Shown: piece by piece, positions 1 to 14,500 of the stretch | Position numbering within the stretch: position 1 is the first letter of the stretch | Layout: each line of letters opens with the position of its first letter | Assembly: GCA_040954595.2 (NCBI GenBank) | Contig: CM082596.2 | Location: forward strand, 2,536,999 to 2,600,998 | Origin: Balanoglossus misakiensis | Taxonomy: Eukaryota > Animalia > Hemichordata | Reading direction: 5' to 3' | Length of the DNA stretch: 64,000 nt | Position numbers and translations under genes: made by a program | The notes under the pieces: model-generated | Seen by the model: the letters and a program-made list of their open reading frames with translations, nothing else | The model's database searches: none | Told to the model about the DNA's origin: nothing

Positions 1-32
1 CAGATGAAATTTTCATGAAAATGGATACTTAC

Positions 33-3000
33 CATATAGGCCGTTTTCCTCTTTGCGCAAGCCAAGCCAAGCACTCCGCAAATGATAAACTGTAAGAAAA
101 ATAAGATGTTCATGGTGATTGAATCAGTGATATTGAGTTTGGTGAATAGTGTTTTACATATAACTATGTTAAATTTCAGGTATGCAAAATTAAGTAGACC
201 ATCAAAGTAGCCATATCCCAGGACTTCAAGGGCATGAATGGAGCTTAGATGATTCAGCATGTATCAAGTGGTGAAACAACAGCATGCAAGTTCTCATACC
301 GAAAAGCTAGAAAAAACAACTGAAAGGTAATAGACTCTGTTACTTTAAAAGTAAATGGGTTACTGGTATGTAAATGGGTCGAGTGTGAGCAAATCTTACT
401 TCCGAGATGTGAGCAGTACTTTTCGTAGTGATATAAATGTCTGAATGACAGAAAAGTACATGGGATAGGTCAAGCCATCTACTTCTTTTCATAGTGGCAT
501 GATGTAAAAGGTAAATTATTCATAGAGTTTAACAGCATTTTCGAAGGCTAACCCTACTAGAAAAAGTACAGTAACAGCATTCCATGTGTTGTTTTACTGT
601 AGTTAACATTCTCCTGCCTTTCCCTGTTGGATCAGAGATGGCCTCCAATCCCCCTGTTAAATAGTTCCCTCTTTTCAAAAAACGTGTCACCATAAATGAG
701 ATTTCAGGTCATCATGACTTGAATGCCTCTTAATCAGTTGACTTGGGAAGTTCGAGGCCAATCTTCGTAACCTTGAATTTTCCCCAGAGCACTTAGTGGG
801 ACATAAATTAGACACCAGACATATTGGTTCTTTCAGTTTCATCCATGTCAAGTCAATCACAGTCCAGTACTGGTAGACCATGGCTTGCTAGTACTGAGAT
901 GTGTATGCGATTCCTAACATGCTATGCAAGGCAATTTAAAATTTAATATATCTTGTTAGAGAATATAGGTATTGAAAGATGCTATCGAGAGAAAATGTCC
1001 TTCTTCTGACACTTTATGTGATTGTGGAGGGAAAACTCGTCAGTGTAATCAGACAAAAATGTCACAGTTTTCCCTCGCGAGAGAGAAATTGACAGGCAAG
1101 GTATTCGCAAGTCAAATCACGTGTTAAAATAAAACGAAATAGAAGTCATCTTTTTGGTGGGATTATCTAGATCTAATTATTTTCTTCAAGACGTTAACTT
1201 GTGTTCCATGAATAGAGACTGTAAGGGTCATGACAGGGGTTAATGCAGGCATTTACAGCGTTTATTGGTAATCGCGTCAGCGTAGAATGCGTTTCTTTTT
1301 TCCCCTTTCAAATCGGGGTTGTGGTTGACAGCTCGGCTGAATGTTCACAAACGTGACTGCCCATATAAAGTGGGGAATACATTTTAGAATCGCAGAGGGT
1401 TTACACGTCAACTGTTTCTGTAATAGTGGTTCAAATGATGGGTAAAATTTTGTAAAGGAAATGTTGAAAGGAAAGACCTTCACATGATTGTAATTAAATT
1501 TAACCTGAGCAAGGACGGCAGAGGAGGCTTGAAGATAATGATACACTCAGCAAAGAATGGTCAATCCGTTGAAGGAAATCAGAAAATGGGCCGGTTGTCG
1601 CAATACTCAGCCACTCAGAACATTCTCAGGTATAACCCTAGGAGAGTCAAGAATGACATATGTAGAATGCATGTGCCTGGGGAAATCAATACTATTACGT
1701 CACTGCACTTCATGGGTGCGTCGGCCCAAGTGAGCTGCATCATGGGCCTTGGTCAGATTTGATTGGTCATGGCAGATGGTCGCTAACTTTTTCGCGCAGG
1801 GCGTACAGTGCTTGTTATTGGTTCTGGCAGATGGTAGCCATCGTCTGCACAGGCAAAGAAAATTTGATTGGCTCTGATGGATGGCAATAAAGTACCTTTC
1901 AGTTGGCAAAGAAAATTCTCGGCTCAATACCAGCCGTATTGATCGTTTCTGAAAAAGGAGACGAAATAGCCGAGTCAAACCATTAATATCTTCTGGTGTG
2001 ATGATTGATCAGAAATGCTCAGATAACACGTTCAACACACGTATGGAAACAATCATAGAGACATCAGAGTTGAATAATTATCTCGCACTTCATAAACTTT
2101 GTACGTGAATTGAGTGAAAATCAAACAGATTTGCAGATCTAATGGTGAAAATGTCAAACTTATCACAGATACTCTTATGCAGTACATGTACAATGTTCTA
2201 AACTTTAAGTGGCACTATCCTGCCCAGTTGCTTGCACAAAACTTTAGCAATGGTGATGTGTTTCTTCTTTGTTGTATTTGTGTCTAAGCTTCCAACAGGC
2301 AATATTGTGCTTTGATCAGGTGATAGTTTTTGTAACAAAGTTCCTTCTACAATGTATCATACTGCAGTAATGTCCAAACACAGCCAATAGAGGAAACACT
2401 GTCGTCTAAGCCCACTTGGCACCAACAGCATTTATTGACACAGTCTCATCTCCTGGCATGCATGCCCGGACATGGCTGTTGTATCGCTCTTGATTGAGCT
2501 ATGAATCATTTATTGTGCACGTAGCACATTGGAGAAGAAGATTCAAGATGTGTTCTTTTAAAGATGTAATGGAATACGCAGTTAAGGATCATGTTGCTAC
2601 ATGCGGGGATTTTATGCTAGACTCTTCAAAAGTCTAACGTGTCAACTACATAAACATGGAACATGAAATATTACTTTATCATTGGTCATTGTGCACGAAT
2701 TACTGTTACACTCAAGCAGTTGGTGAATAATGATGCTTGGATATGTAGTAGTTTTGAATGTCTCAAAGTATAGTCGATCATAGGTCGACACAGAAACTGA
2801 GTATAAAACATTTTGAAAGATCCCTGGAAACTATCGACTATATTAATCACCTTCTTGCAGGAACTATGGCGACAGTTCCAGATCCCATGGTCTCACATTC
2901 ATTCTGGACACACAGATAACTCTAATCATCCGTTACACGATACGTATTGTAAACAATCATTATAAAATGTGTGCGGTTTGATTTCTCACGATCCAGGCTC

Positions 3001-4692
3001 GCAGAAAATATGATACTTTAGAAGATTACGTGTTAGTAGCCTACTTATTTAAAGGCATATATAAACCTTTATATTTCAGAAATTAAATTTAACTTCACTT
3101 TTTGACAACATGCAAACTTACAAAAACATAAAACGATAGTATGTTATGTAAGATCATAATGAACATCATGTATTGAAATTTGGTTGTTATGCCTGTGTAA
3201 CGTTGGTTACTGCCCTGCAGTGTGTAAGAGTGACCCCTTTGAATTTTACATGAGTAGACTTCTAGATCAACGTGTAATAGTAGAAGGAAACAGTCACTGG
3301 CCATTGAAAACAGATATAATTGTAGCTGATAGACAACGCGATGCAGCGTATATCTTTAATGTACTGACACACTTGAATTTGCGCAAACTATGTCGTGGTT
3401 CATATCGCGGCAGGTAAGCGACACGTCGAAGATCCAATGTGACTGAGCGACCTCGCACGAATACGGCCATAAATACAATTAGTATAAGCTTTCACGAGAT
3501 CTGGCAGAGTGGCAATTGGTTTAATTAAAACACCTTGGCCTTCAAACGACGGTTGGGCGCCATTCGAACGTTGATGACTGCAAATTGAATCAAATGAAAC
3601 CATTTCTTTCGGCCGTGAAAGACATAATTGCGGTGTCGCGTAGTTTCTGTACAATTCGTCATCACGCACCACACACCCTAAAATGGCACCCGATGTTGTT
3701 TCCTTCGAGTTGCCTTGGTTACCCCGAGTTATGCCTCCGAAGGTGGGTTATTAGGTAAAACTTGTAATTTTATTATTACGATCGACACACAGTGCACCCA
3801 AGGTGTGCCAACGTGATTTGCGTTTAAATGGCGGACTTAACTGCAGACACAGCCTAATAAATCAACTCCGGCAACTCGTTAATGAATATGTCGACGCAGC
3901 CTTTGTTAGGCTTTAATTTGAGCACTTCCTGCTTGAGAAATTAATTGCATTTTGCTCCATTACAAAGGAATGAATGGAACGAGCGTTGAATCAAAGTGAT
4001 TTGTGGAACCGCACACGGCAACGCATTAGGACAAAACGGTGAACCTCCGGTGATCACGGCACGTCGAACGATCTTTGCTCTGTTTTTTTTTCTTTCAAAA
4101 GGGAGGAAAAAAAGCCATATATGCAAATGATGGCTCAATCTCTGTTATAACTGAATAATTTGATCAGAAAAATCAACATCGGTCTCTATTATCAGTTTGG
4201 TTTGCACACGCAATAAGCGACAACTGAATTATTGCTTTCAAAAGGTGAACCAACAACAGTCACATGGCCGCACATCGAGCGACACTATAGGAAACGCGCA
4301 CCAGCGGGACTGCGGTTTTACGTAAATGGCCGGGAATTAAACTCTACCTCTGCATTTGAAAAATGTGCACGATATACTCTCACCCTAACCGGCGCTTAAA
4401 ATTCTAACAGCACACCGTAAGTAATACGACCTGGAGTGACATTTCGGCTTCTATATTAACTGAAGAATGGGCGCCTATAAATAGAAACGAAGATTAAATT
4501 AAGAAATCTCCATCAAGTGAAAATAAAACCCAGACTCCTACTCACACAAGCTCCGCTCCATACCGGTGACACTGTATGGGCCAGCCACATGACAGCCCTC
4601 GACGACGATATGGCCCCTACTCCAAACGATATAATCCCCAGTAGAATGTGAAACACCGCCTGCACGGCTAGAATGATCAACACCGAATGCAT
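33..4692 (-). CDS. TMEM196: TMEM196-like multi-pass membrane protein, first two coding exons; gene continues beyond the left edge
   Basis: Not in the ORF track. Exon 4692-4546 encodes MHSVLIILAVQAVFHILLGIISFGVGAISSSRAVMWLAHTVSPVWSGAC and ends at a gtgagt donor. Exon 89-33 (ttacag acceptor, gtaagt donor, phase 0/0) encodes FIICGVLGLACAKRKTAYM. The joined peptide matches my recollection of vertebrate TMEM196 (SPVWSGVC/FLLCGICGILCAKKKSGLV). Confidence 0.78.
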
Positions 4693-7600
4693 CTCCGAAA
4701 TTGGGACTTCACTGGGCGTCGCTGCTCACCGATGCGCTCACCATTCTACTTTCCTCTGTTAAAACTGAAAGATAAAAACACACGACCATATAAATTCTAG
4801 TCATCGGCAACGTACTGGATAACACACACGGGATTCACCTTGACATGCCGCTCCTCCATTCATCGTTAACACAGAGGAACGGTGGCAGTTGCAGCTGAAC
4901 AGAAGCGCGTGTTTCCATTGAAAACGCATAAAAGTTTACCAATAAAAAAAATATCACTACCTGTGTACAATTATGTTAACGGCGACACAGTGCGTTATTA
5001 CTCCATGTAGATATACCGAGGCAGCTCAGGGGGAATGACACACGGGTTTCTCTCGACACACCACTTTACATGAATTAAATTCAACGCAGCAATAACACTC
5101 TTATATAAAATATACAGCCGATTATTACGACTGGCAGACCCACTTTTAAATTCTGTCGTACCGTGCGAACACATCTGACATCAGACGACGTGTGTTATGA
5201 ACCTCCGCCCACCAAAGTGGACTGCGATTGCGTAGATTGCCTCAAACGGTATTAAAGTCGCTGGATTGTGACGTAATCTAAACACACCGACGCGGTTTCA
5301 GATGGAGCAAGAGAGAAGTCTCATACTAGCTAGTCATCACAGTACCTTCAGTTGCATCCCGAGCATCATCAGAATCGGTTCTTGATATTTGCAGCGTATC
5401 ACTCTTTTATGTTTGCTGCCAAAACACGGCCAATCAATACCACAGTCGTTTAGGCACAGCGGGGAAACATGTCTCCATCACCGATTGAAACCCCAATCTC
5501 CGATGTACTCGGTACGCGTTCGATCAAATTACCATGGTAACCGTGCGATATGGATAATTGTGCGAGTTCACTTTGAGCGTCGATTTCAGACTTAATGCGA
5601 AGGAAACTCAACACTATCTCAGTGTATGCCCGAATATAGAAGAACTTTAAAGGCACACCCAAGGCCCCACTCTTCTGGTCGAGCTGCCGAGTGTACTTTG
5701 ATGACGACCGTGTCACACTAGACTCGGCAAAACACAAAACAGATTAGCGAAATTCTCACGCACCGACTGACTTCAGCAAATTAAAGCCAGCAGCTTAAAA
5801 GTACGACGTGTTTCCATAATTCTTTGTGACAACGCGAGAGGAGATAGGAATACTTAGTACGAAAAATCAATACACGGCGAATTGCAACGAGGCAATCGAC
5901 AGCTTCGACAACTCTAACACTTCAAACGATAAGTGCGGCGAGAGAGAAAGAAATAACACTTACAATTATCCGACTCTGCGTAAAGGGTTATTCGAAGTGT
6001 TGCCGCGCGTTCCGCAAACAGCTCAATATCCATTCGGTGTTTTATATTAGCCAAGCGTTCGCTCTGAAAAGCTCGCCTGACAATTGATATGAGAGCGCTG
6101 TATACACCTACGGGCGGATCTACACTTTGAATTAGTCAGTGTTGTGAACATAACCTTCACAATAATACAGCCCCGGGCCTGTTTGAGGTGGATTTTTCTT
6201 CATTCCACGGGTTCTTAAACAGCCGAAACAATCAACGACGGACATACATGTACACCGACAATAGTTTACCAGTAACCTTGAAGCAGAACTCGAGTTTGTT
6301 AAAAAAGAGAAAACACTGAGTATATCGTGTCTTAGAAATCTATATTAAATGTAAACTTTTTCATGAAAGGGGAGGTAGGCAATCTTCGTTTCCATGCTTA
6401 AGGTGAATCAATAAGATTTATTTTACACTGTTTTATTTCGGAATAATTACAATATTCGAGACAGAAGGTCGAACCTGCGCTGAAGATATCAGACGGGAAA
6501 TTTTATGAGATAATATCAGTTTAGACATTTTCACGAGTCTATGCAGTGGACTGCTGCAGGCTGTGCGAATCAAACGGTCGATAATAACTTCTTGACACCG
6601 TTTTTAACCTTAACAATATATCAAGCGATTTCATGGAAATTTCAGTCAGTGCTTGACAGATAAGATATAGTGCGTGACAAGACAGTTATAACTATGTTAG
6701 TATTAGGCAGATGTTAACGCAAAATAGACATCATATTTTTCAAGTATCTCACTATGTTAGCGCATACTGTCGTCACAGGAAATTTACACGTACGTAATTA
6801 ACGGAAATTAACATCCGGGGCTGGTAAATATGAACAATGAAATACAGTTTACGGCACATTAAACTTGAAAGGGTCCTTTATCATTCTCTTTACTCAGACA
6901 TTAAAACATGAAATATGAATGATTTGGTCCCAGGTCCATTTCCGTTGTCATGTGACCGGATGCTTTGCGGTGTTTGCGTTAGTACAAAATATGTGATTGA
7001 AATTAATTTAGTGTAATATCACGTTGAGGCGCGCTGTAATTAACTATTGGATCGTTTGTTTATTTTTTACCTGTTTTCTTTAAAGGGTTAGTAGAAAGAG
7101 CCGCCAGAAGTTTTGAACACGCCCCACTCGAGAAACACACTAATGAGTTTGCATACCACGAAATAGCAAGGACGAAAAACAACAAAAATTGCATTATTCA
7201 AATGTGTCATTTGGGGCTATAAAATGAAATCTAGTTTCTCTCTGCTCTTTAATAGAGATCGATACCATCACGCAATGCAAACTACTCTTTATGAGTTTTA
7301 TCATCAATTTCTATATCAGAAACATCTGCAGAAATTCCAATATACTTATGCTTCTATTACAGGACATTAGTGTCTGCCATCGTAATAGTTTCGAATAAAT
7401 CGTTCCTTTGTAGCTTTGATATTCCGAAATGAAAGGCCCGGTGAAATATAATGGCGGCGTTTGTTCAACTAAACCGCCAGGACTATTTCCTCCAGGCTGG
7501 TATTTTTTTTATTACGACGGAAGCTGCCCAGCACTCATCGATTGTCGCAACAAACGCAAGGGGCGAATAAAAGATATGGGTAATATACAAAGCGCTTTTA

Positions 7601-8333
7601 TTAATTCTTTTCTAAGCGGCTTTACAAATCGGCCCGTGCTATCTGCAGAGCTGCCTACTGTACCAATATGAAGCGTTTGATTACAATGCGTTGGGATAAA
7701 TTTGTATTCTATGGGCGGAAATAGCAAATCATATTAATTATTTTAGAAACATGACTATGCAAGCTGCACTGAGATAAAAATGAAATAGATATAATCGGAG
7801 TTGATCTCCAAATTGCGCTGTATAGGCCTAAATAATATTGAAGATGTGTGTATCTTATGCAGGTAACACTCCTCGTCTCATTTAGAACAGTTCAAAGATG
7901 CCTACACTTTAGTAAAAAATCACCCTGATAACCCATCGCCACTTCCTTCGCAGTTTACTGAACAGATACTGCTCTGGCTAAAACAGCGGCGAATGACGTT
8001 CAACTCCGAAAGAAACCCAAAACCATTTACTGGTGAATTACGACCCTCGGCAGATATCAAAAACAATCCATCACGAGCGATAAAAAAGTACCGGTTACGC
8101 CGTTGTCTGACACTGCAGTAGACAAATATTCTCGCGATAACCGACAATCTCTCAGCAGGACTCATACTATCCAGGAATACTTATTATCGAGTTCATTTAC
8201 ATGTGCTACAGCCGTTTTTTCAACCGACGACAACAAACGGGGAACTTTCGCTCCTTTTCGCAGACAAATATTTCCCATTTTTTTCCGTCCATCAACGATT
8301 GATACTCGAGAATAGAAACACGAGGAAACCTAC

Positions 8334-8711
8334 CTGTGATGGTCGTGATGTCTAGGCAGAGATTATTAGCGTTTACAGGGTGTCGATTTTTGTCCTTGGA
8401 GGATTTTAGTCACAACTCAAGACGTTGGGAAACACCATCAACTCGAACATGAAACAAAACGTGTAGTGTTCACGGCCTACGAAACAAGAGTCCGCCCTAC
8501 CGCCTTCACAGAGAAAGAACATCTGGAGAAACCAAAGTGGTTTCCGTCGCCATGGTTCCTAAAGCAATATGGGCAGCAAAACCGTGTTTCTTCAGAGACT
8601 TTTTGCTTTTAAGTTTAACCGTACCAGGTTAAATCATATAGACAGTACTGTCTATGGTTAAAGTGACTGGAACGATGACGTCATCAGATGGCGAGGGAAA
8701 CCATTTATAGG
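8334..8711 (-). promoter_or_regulatory. Candidate promoter and non-coding first exon of the TMEM196-like gene
   Basis: Minus-strand TATAAA at 8709-8704; palindromic CRE ATGACGTCAT at 8675-8684; donor cag|gtagg after 8334; a matching acceptor tctttcag| at 4764 upstream of the ATG at 4692. Confidence 0.4.
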
Positions 8712-10814
8712 AGAGCGAAGGCAGCAGAATGATAAGACCATCGCAAGCCTACTCCAAATAGACCATTATCCGAGATAGCAGTCGGTGAAAACCTTCGCGA
8801 GAGTAATTAGGCCTGCAATGACAAACCAGTGCACGGAGCCGGACATATTAAGTTCAATTATTACCTAGGTCGCGATCGATCAGCCTCTGTGATTCCGGCA
8901 TCAGAACCAATATCGCGCAACGATGGTTGATGAGAAACAGATCTGTGAGTGGGAAGCGGGGGGGGGGTTCTATTTCTGTCGCAGGAGTAACACATCTGTC
9001 TATCTATGGATAGATGGATAAAGCGAACACATAAAGATATTGCAGTGTCCAACGCGTTTAGAATCCCGAGAATCTGGTAAAATCTTATCGTCAGTAAAGA
9101 GAAAAATGTGCAGCAATTATGGATGAAACAACTTAAAGGAGCAGTCGGGTTTTTTTTTCGTTTTTCTTGAGACTTAGTCAGCAGTGTCTCTTTCACCGCC
9201 TGGCGATTCTGCCACTCCATTACTTGATCACGAGCACCGTGTATATTCGGCTGATTAGCCAAATTACAGTGGGCTCGGGGACAAAATTCGAATTTGGTGA
9301 TTATAGCCTAGGGCCAGCCAAATGAGAAAGGCCTTCGATTTTCTAAGCTGCAGCCTTCTGACACGACAAATGTCACACCAGTTTTGTAGGCTGTGTGCTG
9401 AAACATTCGCCTTTCTAATGGCGAATACAGCCTGTTGTTGTAGTAGACATTTATCAAAGAATAATGAGCCAGCGATTTTCAACATGGTGCAGTGAAATGA
9501 GTGTACACAAGAAAGACTCTAAAAACATCAAATGTTACCGCTATTGTCGCTTTTAAAAGGCCGAGTGCAATGATATATTTATTATGTAAACATTGCTTCG
9601 TGTAAACCAACGAGCCGGACTACTTTTTGTCGTTTGACAGATCAAATAAACTCTGCTGGCACGACGCATCTTCCCCGTTTAACCCCGAATCAACTGAGCT
9701 GATTTTCTGGCGCCATGGTTGATTCAAACGAGGGTCTTTGTGGGTGATTCAACAGAGGCGGGAGTATATTCTTGCAGAATTTGTGACGCGGAATTTCTGA
9801 AGAAAGCAAAACTCGTGTATGATGTTCTGTAACTAAAAGCCACTCAGTGCCAAAGACAGATTTCGCATGTCGGGCGCTTTCGATATTTGTGGATTAAATT
9901 CTCAGAAAAGTTTGAATTCGTGCAATTATATTGATGGTAGACGAAAGTCACAAAATGGATCACGGGGTTGACTAAATTGTGGATTTGAGTGAGTAGGCCT
10001 ACAGGGCATTGAACATGAAATTAGAAATCAACCAATTTGCTTAATACCATTTAATGGATGTAATGTTATTATATTGGTTGAATTTAAGGATGGAAACATT
10101 TGAAATTAAATTTCATTTCACTTTGACATTTTTCGCTCATGGGAATCACAATGCCGAGTAAATCCCGCTATAAATATTCCGTGGTCGGAAACAGACTGTA
10201 AAGTGTAATCTTTTAATCACGAAGTTCCAGGACTGTAGTAATTTTCTGATGATTGAGTTTGACTTGTACTGAACCGTCCAGATCTGCTTAAAACATCCAG
10301 ATGGGAACGTAATTGTGATATTTACCACGTAATATGTCAGTTTTAATCTTGAAAATATGTTTAGCCTGTTGCAATGATTTTCGTAACCAGATTCTGATAT
10401 CTGGCGGTTTGAGTGCCAGTGGGATTAATTTAGGCCTGGCCCATCTGTTGTACGTGTGTCAGAGTATTGATAGCCGAACAAAGAAGATTTAATTACGTGT
10501 TTCATCGTTAAGATGACGAAACAAAATAAATACATTGCTATTGTGTGGCACGCAATACTAATAATTGCCACATACACAGTGCTAAAAGTATCATCATCGT
10601 CATCTTAGTAGTCAAGGTAACGGAGGACAACCTCCTGTGGCGAAGCGCCATCAACGTTGTTACACATCTATCTACAATATACATGTATACGACTTTATAC
10701 ATTTGTCAACACATGTACATGTCTTGTAGATGATACAAAGATTGTAGATATGAACGAAAAGGCGCCCATGTGCAGGCTCATCTTCTATTTTGGCCTGATT
10801 GCATGAGGGAAACA

Positions 10815-10960
10815 CCATACATGGCCGGAACGTCATTTGGGGGCACACGTGTGCCGTGCAATGACGTCGTACTTAGACCGCGTAAACAAATGAACATCAG
10901 TAAACAAAGCGATGACCCAGTCACGTGACCAGTTCAAGTTTGGGGATGCTATCTATAAAC
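10815..10960 (+). promoter_or_regulatory. Candidate promoter of the EGF-domain gene
   Basis: CArG-like CCATACATGG 10815-10824; palindrome GGCACACGTGTGCC 10842-10855; CRE-like TGACGTC 10862-10868; two Forkhead GTAAACAAA sites (10882, 10900); E-box GTCACGTGAC 10920-10929; TATAAA 10954-10959; possible first-exon donor gtaagt at 11119. Confidence 0.55.
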
Positions 10961-11582
10961 TGCCACTGCATGCACTGCACTGCCTTGCGGACAATCGACG
11001 TCATCTTTGACCGGACACAGTTCGTGATTTTTTTTTTGCGGTTAACTTCTGGTCCGATGCGGACAATTATAACAGGAACTGAGAGGAACTTTGTTAGTTG
11101 GATCTTCAGAAACAAAGTGTAAGTAGTGGACTTTAATATACGCCTACATAATAAGAACAACCCTTAGTCAATATGCGGAATACGTTTTGACAAATAATTT
11201 CAGCTCGTGACAACAGCGAAGTTCAGCAGCAGATTTCGGTATCCACTGCTTCGTGTGTCGCTGTGGACGGCTGGGACACCAGGCCAAAACCACCGGAATA
11301 CCCACTTCGCCCATCTTGGAGAAATCGCGTATGCACAAACGTGAAGACATTTTCAGCTTTATCCAGGGCAGCAACTGGAGATGCAGAATCGTGGAATATA
11401 TCGCATGTCTCAACATAGGGTCAATAATGTGAACTTTGACCTGGGATAGCATTGTCTTACTAAATTCTATCGGGAGGCGTGTTGCCCTGTCTGTACTCCC
11501 TTGAAGTGACATCCTTCATCACCTCACGCGAGAGAGAGTCTGTCACAATCATTTATATCGGTGCTAAGGAGTTTTTTGCAAA

Positions 11583-14500
11583 ATGAGGCCAGTGGGAACT
11601 TTTCTGTTGGTTTTCATATCTGTGCTGAGTACGCGGGGAGTTCAAACAAGGGAGGATTTTTGGTACGGTTACTGGGGCGACGCTAGCCCGGAAAATGACG
11701 AAAATGACTTCGATGCCCAGTTGGCCGCTCTGGAAGAGAACGGCGGCACAATGTACGACGACATGGATAACTTTTTCCCGTTTGATGACGAGACGTCGCG
11801 GCAGAATTTCGACGATTTGGAGCTGGAATTTGGCAGACAGCTGCAGCTCAACGAGGACGAGCTGTTGGCAGAGCTGCAGAAACAAAAACAAGACACGGAC
11901 AGGCGGTTTGACATCAACGAGTCTACGGACATCGGGAACGAAGTCGGCGGGGGAAGTTCCAGGTACGAAAACCGGGAACTGGGAAATGTCGTAGAAGACA
12001 ACGTATTAAATCCTGTGAACGAGGATCCTGGCGCTGGGGATTCCAAATTCGAAATCAGTGACGAGCAGCAAAGTTCACCTGGGGCGAGTAAACACTTCCC
12101 GCAAAGACTTTTTGATTCCCAGGTGGTATCAAGTGATAGTCCAGGCACTGAAGTAACGACAGTGATTGGTGGAAATTACACCAGCGGCGTTGCGTCATCA
12201 CTATCATCACCGCCATCTTCTTCTTCACAATCATCATCAACAGAATTGTCATCACATTTGAACCAAGAAAAACAACATGTAATCTTGGACGTCACTGGAA
12301 CGGGGTCAATGCCAGCGTCTCGTGTCAACATCGAAACAAGCAGTAAACATCCGGAGACTAGTATCGGACATGTCGGAAAGACGGCCGAAGTCACTCAGAC
12401 GGTTACACCCAACATTGTACGGCCATCTTGGGAAGCTGGCATCACTCGAACCAGTTCCCCCACTCCTCCTTTGACCAAAGTGGTCCTCATCAGCAGTAGT
12501 AGTGGTAGCAGCGCCGGACTTGACTCGAGCTCGATGTTAACGTCTTCATCGGATTTGAACCAAATTTCTGCGGCATCTGCAAGTGGTGTTTTTAATCCTT
12601 CTGTCATCAACGTGACCCGTACGCTTTCACCCCTGACTGCAGCGCAGTCACTCAAAGCCAGACTCAAAGATACCACGTCACCAAGTCAAAGAACTGACGC
12701 CTTCCTTCACGCGACGTCGCCACCAGCCGTATTGGAAATTCTGAGAAATTCAACACCAGGGAAAAGCGTGCATGTTTTGGACACACTCGTCGCCGACAGT
12801 TCGGAAACTCTGCCGGATACTCCGACAAGTGTTGATTTTGAGAAATGGAGCGAAATAAATCGTACGAGTTCTACTTTAGAGAACTGCACGACTTCAACAA
12901 CAGAAGAGGTGTCGAGATTTGCAACCAAGGTAGACTTAATTTCGATGTCACCATCTTCAAGCAAAGCAAATATAAATTTTACGGAAATGAAAAAGTCAAA
13001 ACACTTTCTGGAACCCTCGCCTGTTTGGCCAGAAAGATTTCAAGAAGAAACTCTCAGTTTACAACTGTCAACGCTGAACTCTGTGATAGATGGCTTGGAT
13101 GACGTCACCACAAGCCGTGGTGACGTCGACTGGCCTGGGGTTGTGCTGCAGACGTCATCAAGGACATTCTCACCTGGAATTTTAGAAAGCCACGAGACTA
13201 GTGAAAATGAAAACAAAGTCGCGAGGTCTCGCCATGAAGGTGAAAGTTGGATTAGGCCTACATCAACTTATCGGCCGGAGTTAGTCACATCTTCTGGTGT
13301 GCCAGAAGATTCCTTTGAAGATGCCTATCGCGATAGCAGTAAAAGTGTGAACTTAAAAGTCACTAGCACGGTCGTCAGTCGGGAATCGTCTGGTTTAACC
13401 ACGTCATTGCGAACAGAAGGCAAAGTTTTGGCCAAAATATCGCCATCGCCGACACAGACAAGGGCAGACATCAGCACCAGTAGTACGACTGGTGGCCAAC
13501 CGACCAAACAGACTGCTGTCCTGACGAGAGAATCGTCACCAATTGCTCGCAGTAGATTTGAAATATTACCGACCGAAGTGACTCGGATCCAAAGTAGTTT
13601 CTACTTTCCGACGGAATCGCTCTCCATGGAAACACGGCAGAAGCCAACACCTGTTGATTCTACCTCTGCCAGCCTCCTTTTGGATCATGACGTAATACCA
13701 CCATCTCCCAAAACCGGACTGGCAGGTGCAATCTTGCAGTCGCTTTACACCCGTCGGATGAAGAACTTGTCGCGATCTGGGCTTTTGGAAGCACCGAGCC
13801 TGTCCACCACACAGCTGTCAGTTGTCGAAACGATAACCAACCCGGTAACAAGATTGGCATCTTCTGAGCCTTCCGTAACCCTTGGCAACGATTTGATGCA
13901 TAGCACCAGAGCCGATACAAGCGGCGATAACAAAGGACATGTCACCTTTATAAGCGATGAAAACAAGCAAACATCAACAAACCTTGGTTATTCACTATAC
14001 ACAATCCATCCCGATCACCTGATCAGACCGACATCACAGCGGCTTCAACAACCGGAAACATCATCAACGTTATCTCGAGACGACATCGACCAGGTCAATT
14101 TGCAAACCGCTAAAGTCACAGCACCCAGTGTACAAAGCAAAGCGTCGACGCCGACAGTGCCATCCTTCGCAATTAAATCATCAGAGTCTCCACCGCTAAC
14201 CATTACGCTGTCTGATCCATCAACTTCATCCCAACACAGAGCTACTGAAACACACGCAGTCGATAAATCAGTCGCGTTGTCTTCGATTGACCCCGCGAAA
14301 ACCGGGCAACTTGCGACGCGTGCATCAATCATAGCTGATATGCCACTTGCAGAACAGAGTGCAAGCGTTCCGGCTACAGTTACCATGACAACAGCATCGG
14401 CGCGAGAAGATAATGACAAGATAACGGACAGTTCAGATCTGGAGGGGACCCAGACTGTGGATGTGGTAACCGTGATACCTATTGACTCAGACGCTTCTGT

